From Malacoraja senta (taxonomy: Eukaryota), in assembly GCA_038087875.1 (NCBI GenBank), contig JAXLNO010000481.1, positions 1 to 64,000 on the forward strand: 64,000 bases of DNA. The letters run 5' to 3'. The notes below the pieces were generated by a model, which worked only from the letters and a program-made list of their open reading frames with translations, made no database searches and had not been told where the DNA came from. The position numbers were made by a program, and so were the translations under genes. Shown here one piece after another: positions 50,777 through 64,000 of the stretch (position 1 is the first letter of the stretch; each line of letters opens with the position of its first letter).

Positions 50777-50990
50777 CTGGAAGAAGAGAATGGAGGTGGG
50801 ATAGGGAGGGTGAGAGATGAAAACATAATGATCAGCTGATCAGGTGGGAAGTCGGCTGCAGAGACAAAGAGTCCGTGCTAACACCACAACATACCAAGGG
50901 TCACAGGTCACACGTTTCACCTTCAACATTACAAACTCCTCGAACACGGTCTATGCCTCACTCCCTTGTAAAGCCATGTTTTTGTAGAGA

Positions 50991-51733
50991 ACTCTCACTC
51001 TCTCTCTCTGACTCTCTCTCTCTGACTCTCTCTCTCTGACTCTCTCTCTCTCTGACTCTCTCTCTGTAACTCTCTCTCTCTCTGACTCTCTCTCTCTCTA
51101 ACTCTCTCTCTGACTCTCTCTCTCTCTGACTCTCTGACTCTCTCTATGACTCTCTCTCTAACTCTCTCTCTGACTCTCTCTCTCTCTGACTCTCTGACTC
51201 TCTCTCTGACTCTCTCTCTGACTCTCTCTCTGACTCTCTCTCTCTCTGACTCTCTCTCTCTGACTCTCTCTCTGACTCTCTCTCTCTCTGACTCTCTCTC
51301 TCTAACTCTCTCTCTCTCTGACTCTCTCTCTAACTCTCTCTCTGACTCTCACACTCTCTCTGACTCTCTCTCTGACTCTCTCTCTGACTCTCTCTCTGAC
51401 TCTCTCTCTCTCTGACTCTCTCTCTCTGACTCTCTCTCTGACTCTCTCTCTCTCTGACTCTCTCTCTCTCTGACTCTCTCTCTCTAACTCTCTCTCTCTC
51501 TGACTCTCTCTCTAACTCTCTCTCTCTGACTCTCACACTCTCTCTAACTCTCTCTCTCTAACTCTCTCTCTCTCTCTCTCTCTAACTCTCTCTCTCTCTG
51601 ACTCTGTCTCTGACTCTCTCTGACTTTCTCTCATTCTCTCTCATTCTCTCTCCCTCTCTGACTCTCTCTCCGACTCTCTGACTCTCTCTAACTCTCTCTC
51701 TCTCTCTGATTCTCTCTAACTCTCTCTTTCTCT
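50991..51733. repeat. Expanded compound (CT)n/CTGA/CTAA microsatellite; shorter versions at ~20365-20505, 23630-23768, 30895-31000, 34137-34520, 37653-37815, 47591-47750
   Basis: Read directly; length varies from about 100 to 740 bp between units. Confidence 0.95.
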
Positions 51734-54700
51734 AAAATTGGTTGGCAGACCGGAAACAAAGAGTAGGAGTGAACGGGTCCTTTTCAGAATGGCAGGCAGT
51801 GGCGAGTGGAGTGCCGCAAGGCTCGGTGTTGGGGCCGCAACTGTTTACCATATATATTAATGATTTGGAAGAGGGAATTAGGAGCAACACTAGCAAGTTT
51901 GCGGATGACAAGCTGGGTGGCAGTGTGAACTGTGAAGAGGATGTTAGGAGGTTGCAGGGTGACCTGGACAGGTTGAGTGAGTGGGCAGATGCGTGGCAGA
52001 TGCAGTATAAATATAGTTAATGTGAGGTTATCCACTTTGGTGGCAAAACAAGAGGGCAGATTATTATCTCAATGGGTTAGGTTAGGTAAGGGGGAGGTAC
52101 AGCGAGACCTAGGTGTCCTTGTACACCGGTCACTGAAAGTTGCCGTGCAGGTACAGCAGGCAGTGAAGAAAGCTAATGGAATGTTGGCCTTCATAACAAG
52201 AGGATTTCTAGCCCCAGAAATAGTGGATGCATTAGTGATAATTTTTCAAAACTCTTTAGATTCTGGAGTAGTTCCTGAGGATCGGAGGGTAGCTAATGTA
52301 ACCGCACTTTTTAAAAAGGGAGGGAGAGAGAAAACGGGGAATTACAGACCAGTTAGTCTAACATCGGTAGTGGGGGAAACTGCTAGAGTCAGTTATTAAA
52401 GATGGGATAGCAGACATTTGGAAAGTGGTGAATTCATTGGACAAAGTCAGCATGGATTTATGAAAGGTAAATCATGTCTGACGAATCTTAGAGAAATTTT
52501 TCGAGGATGTAACTAGTAGAGTGGATAAGGGAGAACCAGTGGATGTGTTGTATCTGGACTTTCAGAAGGCTTTCAGACAAGGTCCCCACATAAGAGATTA
52601 GTATACAAACTTAAAACACACGGTATTGAGGGTTCAGTATTGATGTGGATAGAGAACTGGCTGGCAGACAGGAAGCAAAGAGTAGGAGTAAAAGGGTCCT
52701 TTTCACAATGGCAGGCAGTGACTAGTGGGGTACCGCAAGGCTCAGTGCTGGGACCCCAGCTATTTACAATATATATTAATGATTTGGATGAGGGAATTGA
52801 AGGCAACATCTCCAAGTTTGCGGATGACACGAAGCTGGGGGGCAGTGTTAGCTGTGAGGAGGATGCTAGGAGGCTGCAAGGTGACTTAGATAGGCTGGGT
52901 GAGTGGGCAAATGCATGGCAGATGCAGTATAATGTGGATAAATGTGAGATTATCCACCTTGGTGGCAAAAACAGGAAAGTAGACTATTATCTAAATGGTG
53001 GCCGATTAGGAAAAGGGGAGATGCAACGAGACCTGGGTGTCATGGTACACCAGTCATTGAAAGTAGGCATGCAGGTGCAGCGGGCAGTGAAGAAAGCGAA
53101 TGGTATGTTAGCATTCATAGCAAAAGGATTTGAGTATAGGAGCAGGGAGGTTCTACTGCAGTTGTACAGGATCTTGGTGAGACCACACCTGGAGTATTGC
53201 GTACAGTTTTGGTCTCCTAATCTGAGGAAAGACATTCTTGCCATAGAGGGAGTGCAGAGAAGGTTCACCAGACTGATTCCTGGGTAGTCAGGACATTCAT
53301 ATGAAGAAAGACTGGATAGACTCGGCTTGTACTCGCTGGAATTTAGAAGATTGAGGGGGGATCTTATAGAAACGTACAAAATTCTTAAGGTAGGTATGTT
53401 ACAAAACTTACCTTCAGTCGCGCTGTAATTCTGCCACTGGCCGTGTGCGCGATTTTGGCGCCTTTAAGGGGGGGCGGGGTTAAAACGCGGTTTCTCCTCC
53501 CTTGTCCTGGAAAATATTTTGTTGGAGTACAAACCTTCGCTGACAAAATCGTTCCTACCGGCGATTTGTGAATTTTTTTTTTAAATTAAATCGTCAATGT
53601 CAGCGCTAGTCATTTTAAAAGCAGCTCCTGAAGCGTCAACGCCAATAACGGGGACGGATTTCACACAATGGACAGGTAAACGAAAGTGCTTTCTTTAAAT
53701 GTATAAAAGTGCTTCTTAAGAAGCCTTTAATTCACATTTTGTCATGCGACACGGTGATTTTATTCCCCGAAATTAACGGCAGTATTTTCATGCCAATACG
53801 GGGTTAAATTCACCGCAAATGAACGTTCCAAAAGATCGCGTTCCAGAAATTCTCACTCGCAAGATGAATTAAATCCCCATTAATTTACAGGTATTAAACA
53901 TTCAATTCCTTCCATTTGGCCTGTAAATTCATGAAAATTAGATTTAAAAATTATGTTATATGTGAATTATTGTGTGAATGTTATTTGGACACTTAGGCTA
54001 TTTAAAAATGTTAATCTATTCTTAAGAAATTGATAGATGTTTAGATCTAGTAATTGAATTTTGTAATTAGCTACAAATTAGGTAACTAACTAATTATATG
54101 CTTTACTTTCATGTCTTCGAAGTAAGATTGTTTCATATTTGTTTCAGAATGCTTCAATCTATAATACCTGAAAATTTCTTTCAGTTACCATAATTTTTAA
54201 GAAAGTTATGGGCTTTTAACTGTCCTCGATCACAGCTTTTGTGTTAAGCAATGGAAAAGCAATAGGAACTAGATGCTAATTTCTGAGTATGATAATGGCC
54301 ATAACTTTTTTAATACTGAAGATATGAAAGTGAATTAAGTGTCAAATTAACTTCTTTTTATGCTTTATCTGATGGGATAAATTGCAGACTTTATTTTTTA
54401 AATCTCAAAATTTTGTAACATTGCTACTTAAGGGGTTGGACAGCCTAGATGCAGGAAGTTTGTTCCCGATAAAGGGGAAGTCCAGAACAAGGGGTCACAG
54501 TTTAAGGATAAGGGGGGAAATCTTTTAGGACCGAGAGAGAAAAACATTTTCACACAGAGAGTGGTGAATCTGTGGAATTCTCTGCCACAGAAGGTAGTTG
54601 AGGGCCAGTTCATTGGCTATATTTGACAGGGAGTTAGATGTGGCCCTTGTGGCTAAAGGGATCAGGGGGTATGGGAGAGAAGGCAGGTACGGGATACTGA

Positions 54701-54770
54701 GTTGGATGATCAGCCATGATCATATTGAATGGCGGTACAGGCTCGAAGGGCCGAATGGCCTCTCCTGCAT
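51734..54770 (+). mobile_element. Two joined, decayed CR1 fragments (junction ~52208), the second interrupted by a DNA transposon
   Basis: The RT segment [13 protein letters not shown] occurs twice; frameshifts; the CR1 resumes at 54429 and reaches its 3' UTR. Confidence 0.85.
53389..54428. mobile_element. Non-autonomous TIR DNA transposon (PIF/Harbinger-like if TSD is TAA, Kolobok-like if TTAA)
   Basis: 18-bp imperfect TIRs GGTAGGTATGTTACAAAA / AGTAGCAATGTTACAAAA (15/18); splits CR1 at ATTCTTAA|GGGGTTGG; no long ORF. Confidence 0.8.
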
Positions 54771-55592
54771 CCCCTCTCCCTCCACGCCATGATTCCATCC
54801 GTAACTCAATGCAATCTGTCCAGCATTATCCCTCTGATTTCATGGCCCCTCCCCTGCCATCTCGCCCCCCTCTCTCCCCCTTAGCCATCTCTCTCTACCC
54901 CCTCCCCTTGCCATCACCAAGTCCCACAGGTGATGTATCTGGCCTTCAACAATGCACACTCCTGAATCGCAGTCCTCACCACGCTTCTTTGTTCCCCCTC
55001 AACCCTCTCTCCTACAGAGCTGCATTTGATCTCACACTCTCCCTCTCTCTCCCTCCACCCTCCTCTCCCTCTCCACCCTGCCCCCTGTGTCAATCAGTCA
55101 TCAAATACATTTCTCCTCCAGCTCTCCACTCTCTTTCCTCCTCCACCCTCAATCACCAGTGACCCACTCCCTCCATACCCATCATTCCTTTCTTCTATAC
55201 TTACTCATTTCAAATATTTCCACTTGCCCCCCTATCCCTCTCTCCAAGACCTGCTACCCCTCACTGTTTGAAACTCCTCCACTCAGGGCACATCCCAACT
55301 CCTGAGGTTGCAGAGAAGATTTTAGACAAAAATGCCAGGACTCGAGGGCCTGAGCCAGAGGTAGATATTGAGCCGACTAGGACTTCATGAGAGGAAAGGT
55401 TTGGGGAAATGCAGTCTTTTCCCAGAGTAGAGAAATGCAGGAATCGGAGTAAAATAGGTTTAAGGAGAGGGGGAAAGATTTAATCGGAACCTGAGGGGAT
55501 ACGTTTTTTTTACAGAAAGGGTGGTAGGTATATGTTACAAGTTGCAGGAGGCGGTAGTTAAGGCAGGTATGATCACTACTTTAAAAAAATGA

Positions 55593-56280
55593 CTAGACTA
55601 AGTGGGACCCGTTGGATCCCTGCCACACAGGAAGCCTGGTCCCCCAACACAACCCGTTGCCCAACGCAATATTCCACCACTCACCCGTTCCCCCAATACA
55701 ACCCCTCCCACCAACGTAAAATTGCACCCGTCACCTATAGCCCCCAACTACGCAGGCACGGCTCATTTCCCCTCACCCCCCAGCACTCCCCCCCCTCCTC
55801 TACACCCTTCCTCTTCTTTCCCCTCTCCTCCTCCCCTCCCCAGTCCCTCCCTCACTCTCCCTCCCTGTCCTTTCCCCGACCCTCAGTCACTCCCTCCGTA
55901 ACTCCTCTCCGCTCCCTACCCCCTCCTATCCCTCTATTCCCCACTCCTCACCAGTTTGTGAGTGAGGCGGGACAAGCTGCCGCCGGTGGGGCAGGAAGGG
56001 CCGTCGCTATCCTGACCATGGCATTGACTGACAGGAGAAGAGACCAATCTGCGTGGATCCGACTGAAGGAAACAGCGCATGCATGGTTTTTAAGATTTTT
56101 AAACCTTGATTACTTTTACAATATACCACCGATTAGAAGGAAACTTGTTGCCCTCGCAGCACAGGAGAACAATGAGTAACCTGGCAAAACATCGTAGCGC
56201 TATCGCGTACCGTTTTGGTGCAAATTGAAAAACCCCGCAAACCGGAAGAGCACAAGATCAGAGGTTTATTTATGTATAGA
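55593..56280 (-). mobile_element. Non-autonomous Helitron
   Basis: On the - strand starts TCTATACATAAATAAA and ends with hairpin GGGATCC-AAC-GGGTCCC then ACTTAGTCTAG|T. Confidence 0.7.
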
Positions 56281-57699
56281 GAGATAGAAGATAGATTTTA
56301 CTTCGGAGTCACGTGAGTGACTACGTGAAGAAGACCCGTCAGGGCGCATGCGCGTCATTACGTCAGACGCATTGGCGCCCGGCAGCAGGAAGACGGAGCT
56401 CCTCCTGCAGGTGAGTAGTTTAGAGCTCCACCAAAGTCGGGGAGACTTTGGAGGAGTTAGGAAAGTAGAGAAATTGTTTCTGTGTGTTTTTTCCCCACAT
56501 ACAGGAACAAGGAAAAGGTGCAGGTCTGCTGCCGACAAGGAGAGAGAGAGCTGCGGGAGCGCAGTCTCTGAAAGGCAGCCTGTCACCTCGGGGGAGTCGC
56601 AAGCCGGTAGCGGTGCAGCGACAGAATTGGCAAAGTGCCCAGCCGGGTACACAGCCAACGCCAGTCGGGCGGTCGGCATAAGCTAAGTATGTCAGGGCTA
56701 TAGACTCTGCAGAGTCGGGCCACGAGAGTCCCGTCGGGGACAGGATACCGTTCCCCAGCGTTTATCCAAAAGGAGCAGCTCATACAGGGGCTGCTCCACA
56801 GAGACGCTCCAGGGGAGTTGTGCAGGCGGGAAGCCATAGGTAAGGCTCCGCTGGCAGTGCCTAGTAGAGGCCTGCTTGAAAGCACCCTCTTTGCAAGAGG
56901 TGAGTGCAGAAGGGCAGATACGCTCTGACCCTGAGTCCGACGACTTCCAAAGGGAGGGCAGGCAGCTGCCAGAGCTGACACCATGTGCAGCACGGTTTGC
57001 CATGTCGTCGGACGCTGGTGAGCCTCTGGGTGAGGAACTTGCCACCAGCATAAATTACCAAGTCTCACATCAGCTACAGGAGCTGACAATGGATGAGACA
57101 GTAAGGAAGCATGAAGCCCCAATCAACTGTGGACTGTTAAAAGTTCCTGTTGGGAACAGGAAGAATTGGGGCAAGATGGGCATACTAATGAAAGCCCAGG
57201 AGCATGTGAAGCTCCAGCATATTTTAAAGTTGCTGGCATCTGGTATAACGAGCTTTGCCAGGATGGTGGATGGAGAGGCCATGACAAATTACAACAAAAG
57301 GCGCTATTGTGGAGTGCCCACTTTGAGATCAACTGCCTCCGCAAGACTGCGATTAGACCAACCATCAATCCTAAATATGCTTCACTCTGCCAGCCTGGCA
57401 CAGTGCAACCGGCACAGCTGCTTGGTGAGGATTTCGCAAAGCAGGTGAAGGAGCTGGAGAAGGAGGAGGCTAAGACGGCAGCCACATATCCACCAAAGCG
57501 GAAGTATCCCTATAAGCGAGGAGACTGGTCCGGGCAAGGGACGAGTCCAGCTACGACGCAGCGCAGTTGGCGTTCGGCGGTAGCAGCGCCAGGGAAGGTG
57601 AGATATCCAGTTCGAGGCCGGGGAAAAATGCCAGGTGGTAAGGAGGTAAGAGGGTCTGGTTCTCATGTAGACAGATCTAATGTGATACAATTAAATGTT

Positions 57700-60600
57700 T
57701 AGATACATAGATACATAGAAAATAGGTGCAGGAGTAGGCCATTCGGCCCTTCGAGCCTGCACCGCCATTCAATATGATCATGGCTGATCATCCAACTCAG
57801 TATCCCGTACCTGCCTTCTCTCCATACCCCCTGATCCCCTTAGCCACAAGGGCCACATCTAACTCCCTCTTAAATATAGCCAATGAACTGGCCTCAACTA
57901 CCCTCTGTGGCAGAGAGTTCCAGAGATTCACCACTCTCTGTGTGAAAAAGTTTTTCCTCATCTCGGTCTTAAAGGATTTCCCCCTTATCCTTAAGCTGTG
58001 ACCCCTTGTCCTGGACTTCCCCAACATCGGGAACAATCTTCCTGCATCTAGCCTGTCCAACCCCATAAGAATTTTGTACGTTTCTATAAGATCCCCTCTC
58101 AATCTCCTAAATTCTAGTGAGTATAAGCAAAGTCTATCCAGTCTTTCTTCATATGAAAGTCCTGACATCCCAGGAATCAGTCTGGTGAACCTTCTCTGCA
58201 CTCCCTCTATGGCTATAATGTCCTTCCTCAGATTTGGAGACCAAAACTGTACGCAATACTCCAGGTGTGGTCTCACCAAGACCCTGTACAACTGCAGTAG
58301 AACCTCCCTGCTCCTATACTCAAATCCTCTTGCTATGAAGGCCAACATACCATTCGCTTTCTTCACTGCCTGCTGCACCTGCATGCCTACTTTCAGTGAC
58401 TGGTGTACCATGACACCGAGGTCTCGCTGCATCTCCCCATATCCTAATCGGCCACCATTTAGATAATAGTCTGCCTTCCCGTTTTTGCCACCAAAGTGGA
58501 TAACCTCACATTTATCCACATTATACTGCATCTGCCAAACATTTGCCCACTCACCCAGCCTATCCAAGTCACCTTGCAGTCTCCTAGCATCCTCCTCACA
58601 GCTAACACTGCCCCTCAGCTTAGTGTCATCCGCAAACTTGGAGATGTTGCTTTCAATTCCCTCGTCCAGATCAATAATATAAATTGTAAATAGTTGGGGT
58701 CCCAGCACTGAGCCTTGCGGTACCCCACTAGTCACTTCCTGCCATTGTAAAAAGGACCCGTTTACTCCTACTCTTTGCTTCCTGTTTGCCAGCCAGTTCT
58801 CTATCCACATCAATACTGAACCCCCAATACCGTGTGATTTAAGTTTGTATCCTAATCTCTTATGTGGTACCTTGTCAAAAGCCTTCTGAAAGTCCAGATA
58901 CAACACATCCACTGGTTCACCCCTATCCACTCTACTAGTTACATCCTCGAAAAATTCTATAAGATTCGTCAGACACGATTTACCTTTCGTAAATCCATGC
59001 TGACTTTGTCCAATGATTTCACCACTTTCCAAATGTGCTGCTATCCCATCTTTAATAACTGACTCTAGCAGTTTCCCCACTACCGATGTTAGACTAACTG
59101 GTCTGTAATTCCCCGTTTTCTCTCTCCCTCCCTTCTTAAAAAGTGGGGTTACGTTTGCTACCCTCCAATCCTCAGGAACTACTCCAGAATCTAAAGAGTT
59201 TTGAAAAATTATCACTAATGCATCCACTATTTCTGGAGCTACTTCCTTAAATACTCTGGGATGCAGCCTATCTGGCCCTGGTGATTTATCGGCCTTTAAT
59301 CCATTCAATTTACCCAACACCACTTCCCGACTAACCTGGATTTCACTCAGTTCCTCCATCTCCTTTGTCCCGCGGCCCCCTGCTATTTCCGGCAGATTAT
59401 TTATGTCTTCCTTATTGAAGACGGAACCAAAGTAGTTATTCAATTGGTCCGCCATATCCTTGTTCCCCATGATCACTTCACCTGTTTCTGACTGCAAGGG
59501 ACCTACATTTGTTTTAACTAATCTCTTTCTCTTCACATATCTATAATAACTTTTGCAGTCAGTTTTTATGTTCCCTGCCAGTTTCCTTTCATAATCTATT
59601 TTCCCTTTCCTAATTAAGCCCTTTGTCCTCCTCTGCTGGTCTCTGAATTTCTCCCAGTCCTCTGGTATGCTGCTTTTTCTGGCTAATTTGTACGCATCAT
59701 ATTTTGCTTTGATACTATCCCTGATTTCCCTTGTTATCCACGGATGCACTACCTTCCCTGATTTATTCTTTTGCCAAACTGGGATGAACAATTTTTGTAG
59801 TTCATCCATGCAGTCTTTAAATGCCTTCCATTGCATATCCACCGTCAACCCTTTTAGAACTAATTGCCAGTCAATCTTGGCCAATTCACGTCTCATACCC
59901 TCAAAGTTACCTTTCTTTAAGTTCAGAACCGTTGTTTCTGAATTAACAATGTCACTCTCCATCCTAATGAAGAACTCAACCATATTATGGTCACTCTTGC
60001 CCAAGGGGGCACGCACAACAAATCTGCTAACTAACCCTTCCTCATTACTCAATAACCAGTCTAGAATAGCCCTGCTCTCTCGTTGGTTCCTCTACATGTT
60101 GGTTTAGATAACTATCCGCATACATTCCAAGAAATCCTCTTCCTCAGCACCCCTGCCAATTTGATTCACCCAATCTATATGTAGATTGAAGTCACCCATT
60201 ATAACTGTTTTGCCTTTGTTGCACGCATTTCTAATTTCCTGTTTGATGCCATCCCCAACTTCACTACTACTGCTAGGTGGCCTGTACACAACACCCACCA
60301 GCGTTTTCTGCCCCTTAGTGTTTCGCAGCTGTACCCATACCGATTCCACATCCTCCAAGCTAATGTCCTTCCTTTCCACTGTGTTAATCTCCTCTCTAAC
60401 CAGCAACGCTACCCCACCTCCTTTTCCTTTCTCTCTATCTCTCCTGAATATTGAATATCCCTGGCTGTTCAGCTCCCAGCCTTGGTCACCCTGGAGCCAT
60501 GTCTCCGTGATCCCAACTATATCATAATCATTAATTGCTATCTGCACGTTCAACTCATCCACCTTATTACGAATGCTCCTTGCATTGAGACACAAAGCCT

Positions 60601-60960
60601 TCAGGCTTGTTTTTACAACGCTCTTACCCCTTATACAATTATGTTGAAAAGTGGCTCTTTTTGATTTTTGCCCTGGATTTGTCTGCCTGCCACTTTTACT
60701 TTTCACCTTGCTACCTATTGCTTCCGCCCGCATTTTACACCCCTCTGTTTCTCTGCTCACCCATTTAAGAACCCCACCACCTCTTATTCTCTGTTTATTA
60801 TTGTTTTCTTCTTTCCCCCCTACATGTTGGGTCAGTGCTTTCCTTCTCTGCCTCCTGCCTCACACACTGTCTAATAGCATTCTCTATTTGAGTCCCTCCC
60901 CCCAACCATTCTAGTTTAAAGTCTCCCCAGTAGGCTTTGCAGATCTCCCCGCCAGGATAT
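57700..60960 (-). mobile_element. CR1 LINE with near-complete ORF2, nested in the DIRS element
   Basis: EN ORF 60104-60760 (NARSI, ITETWL, GDFN) and 751-aa RT ORF 57797-60052, separated by frameshift(s); (CTATGTAT)n tail. Confidence 0.93.
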
Positions 60961-60964
60961 CGGT

Positions 60965-62670
60965 TTACCTCAGATATGGTTATACTGAAGGTTATTGAAG
61001 GGTATCGAATAAAGCTTAATGCAAATTCTGATTTACCCATGCAACATGTTCCAAAAAGGAGTTTGCCTTCAGTATCACTGAACAATTGGAAGTTCAGGTG
61101 GAACTTGGAAGCTTATGTAGTAAAGGTGTAATTCCTAAGGCAGTTTACCAAAGCCATCAGTTTGTGTCCAATATCTTTCCCAGACAAAAAAAAAAAAAAA
61201 AAGGATCGGGGGATGCAGAATTATACTGGACCTGAATAGGATTAACCTTTTTGTACGGTATAGTCATTTTAAGATGGAAACGTTTGTGAAGGAGATCTTA
61301 AAGATGCGGATTCAGTGTCTGTTCATTTGCAGGATAGAAGATTTAAAATTCAGCTGGATGGGGCAATTATGCCAATACAATGCACTGCCTAATGGTTTGT
61401 CTTCAGCTCCTAGAGTGATTACAAAGTTGTTAAAACCTATTCTAGGCATGATGAGAAGTCAAGGGCATGTGCTCATGGCTTAACTAGATAATATCTTGAT
61501 TGTAGGACAATCAAAGGAAACAGCTGAAGCATCAGTGGCAGTTGGTAAAAACCACGTTTTAACATAAGCTATCCAGAGAAATCTAAATTTATACCTGTGA
61601 CACAAATTGACTAGTTGGGTTCACAATAGACTTAATCAACATGATTGTGACCTTGCCCAGGCAAAAAAGGGTAGAGCTAATTAAGAGCTGTATCAAGTTA
61701 ATTGCTGACACACAGCCTTCAATTAGCCAGGTGACAAGTCTGCTGTGGTAATTGCTTGCAGCATTTCCAGCAGTTCAATATGGCCACTTTATTATCTACA
61801 ATTACAAAGATCAAAGGAACAAGCACTGAGGATACATTTGGGTCATTATTAACAGACCTATGCTTCTATCAATAGAGGCTGTTGCTGATGTACAATGGGG
61901 ATTCAGCATGTGTCCACTAGTAGTTCCAAAGTGTTATTGGACCAAGCTTCCATGATTTTGCAGACCGATGTCAGAGCACTTGGGTAGGGTGCTACTGATA
62001 CAAGATCTAGCTGTGGAGACAGATGGACATTGCTTCTGCAAACATGGGGAATTAACCAACAGTATTTTATAGATTCAAGGCTTATGGCATTAACCAAACT
62101 AGTTTGCATGTGCAGTGCAAAATAGACAACACTACAGCAGTTGTTTATATGAATCACATGGGTGGAATCAAATTGTTATCATGTGACAGGTTGGCAAATA
62201 AAATTGGACCTGGAGTATGGATATTTGGATTGGAGCTATCTGCCAGGGAAACTTAATGTAGTACCAGATGGCAGCTCATGGAAATTCCGTGATAATACAG
62301 AGTGGATGTTGAACCAGGATGTGTTCAAGAACATAGTACTTCTATATGGAAGGCCAAAATATGTTTCATGGGCACCAGATCCAGGGGCAGTGGCAATTGA
62401 TGCTTTTTCACTAAATTGGGATGATATGTTTGTGTACATTTTCCCACCATTCTGCCTCATAGCTCGGTGTTTGAGAAAATCAAGCAGGATGCCGCTTCAG
62501 GGGTTTTGGTGATACCAAATTGCCCGATTCAACCATGGTTCCCTCTGATGTTACAGATAGCGATCCAACCTCCTTTTGCTGATTCCAAACAGTAGGAATT
62601 TGCTGGACCATCCAGTAACGCGATAAGTTCATCCGTTATGTGATCGTATGGATCTGTTAATTTGCAGGTT
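60965..62670 (+). pseudogene. DIRS RT / RNase H / adenine-methyltransferase-like ORF, frameshifted
   Basis: TSDMVILKVIEGYRI; YNALPNGLSSAPRVITKLLKP; DNTTAVVYMNHMGG; YVSWAPDPGAVAIDAFSLNW..YIFPPF. Confidence 0.85.
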
Positions 62671-62679
62671 TTTAAGAAT

Positions 62680-63640
62680 GCCTTACATTGGTCGAGGACT
62701 TTCTAGGCCAACGGTGGATATACTCACTGCAGCCTGGAGAAAGAGTACTCAAAAGCAGTATATGACTTATGTAAAAAATGGGAACAATATGGTGTTCAAA
62801 AGAATATTCAATATGATACTGTAGTTATTGAAAATGTGTTAGAGTTTATCTACACTTTATTATGATGAGGGTCTTAGCTATACTGCTATCAATACAGCTT
62901 TGTCGGCATATCTTGTAATAGGTACACGGACACAAAGTATAGGTTCTCACCCTCTCATATCTAGGTTGATGAAAGGAATCTTTAATTCCAAACCGCCTAA
63001 GCCTAGGTATATGGTAATCTGCGAGGTAAGTGTTGTTCGTACATACTTCGTCATTGGGTCCCTGTTACGTCTATAACTTTGTTAAAATTAACCATGAAAT
63101 TGGCTATGCTAATGGCATTGGTGTCAGTACAGAGAGTGCAGACTTTCCAAAAACTTCAGTTCGAGAGAATGGAAGTGAATACAGATAATGTTCTGTTTTA
63201 TATTTCTGACCTGTTCAAACAAAGCAGGCTAGGTGTGACAGGATTTAAGATTATGTTCTCAGCATATCCTACAGCTCAATATTTATGTGTAAGGACACAT
63301 TTGTTACATTACATTGAAGCCACAAGGGCTTTAAGACAAGAAGAAACAGGATTATTTGTCAGTTACAAGAAGCCAACATAAAAGAGTGGCAGTTCAGACT
63401 ATCTCAAGGTGGTTAAAGCAAGAGTTGGTTCAGGCAGGAATGAACATTTATGTGTTTACATCTCATTCCACTAGCACAGTAGCAACATCCGCGGCCAGGG
63501 CGATGGACGTTCCCATCGACCATATATTAAAAGCCGCAGGTTGGAAAAATGAACTTGTGTTTCAGCAATACTACCATCGGCCGATTGCTGATGGAGGGCT
63601 GTTTGCCAACTCAATATTGAGTGCTGTTGCTATTATTTAA
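62680..63640 (+). pseudogene. DIRS tyrosine recombinase, disrupted
   Basis: KLAMLMALVSVQRVQT (first Arg), HSTS in place of HSTR, ILKAAGW..VFQQYY; stop at 63379-63381 and frameshifts. Confidence 0.85.
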
Positions 63641-64000
63641 AGTCTGTTTTCAATACTGTTTCATTCTGTTTCGTTTGTTGCCCCTACATTAAGAGGGTTT
63701 ATTGGTTGTTTTATGACCAAAAATAAAACTGTTTTGTTTTTGCATGATATGCAATGTCATGTTTACAGCATTATTGATGATACTCAGAGTCAATCGATGC
63801 AGTGAGAAGCCGGGATTTTGATCTGCGGCATAAAAATCACAGAGCTTTAAAATCTTCACGTAGTCACTCACGTGACTTCGAAGTAAAATAGTAAGATTAA
63901 ACGAGAACTTACCAGTTTGAAGTTTGATCTTTATTTTATGAGGAGTTACGTTGGTGATTACGTGCCCGCCACGCCCAACCCTCTCTCATAGAAAAAAGGT

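Larger units (their letters stand above)
17270..51733. repeat. Tandem array of ~3.3-3.5 kb units (exon A + CR1 + exon B + CT microsatellite), 7 units, several expanded by insertions
   Basis: Collinear recurrence of the same ORFs and sequence; 3265-bp period between A3 and A4. Confidence 0.95.
56295..64000 (+). mobile_element. Decayed DIRS1-like tyrosine-recombinase retrotransposon, running off the window end
   Basis: gag-like ORFs 56876-57702; RT, RNase H, methyltransferase-like and YR remnants at 60965-63640; left terminus 56295-56331 is the reverse complement (36/37) of 63853-63889 (ICR). Confidence 0.9.

Noticed and set aside
62162..63640. Methyltransferase plus integrase as a phage or bacterial insert
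   Set aside because: These are the standard MT and YR domains of DIRS retrotransposons, flanked by RT/RNase H and an ICR

Overview
Eukaryotic, repeat-dense vertebrate DNA with no prokaryotic features. The repeat families (CR1/HER1-type LINEs, an HE1/V-SINE-like head, Penelope-like palindromes, L1, DIRS, Helitrons) suggest a cartilaginous fish, probably a skate or ray (inference). The main hidden signal, invisible in the ORF track, is a minus-strand spliced gene segment. It has 17 symmetric exons of three paralogous types (9 x A of 93 nt, 7 x B of 96 nt, 1 x C of 96 nt) at 7867-50776, all with AG/GT sites and no indels or stops, encoding about 535 aa of acidic Ser/Thr/Pro/Gly/Gln-rich, mucin- or proteoglycan-like repeats. 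The exons were amplified as a ~3.3-3.5 kb two-exon genomic unit and a ~4.06 kb one-exon unit that begins with a Helitron 5' end. Individual units carry private insertions: a full-length L1 with a twin-priming inversion, a truncated L1, a nested CR1 and a Penelope-like fragment. The left flank is a head-to-tail non-autonomous Helitron array. The right flank holds CR1 fragments, a TIR DNA transposon, a Helitron and a decayed DIRS retroelement with a nested CR1. The 5' exons of the gene lie outside the window or were not recognised.
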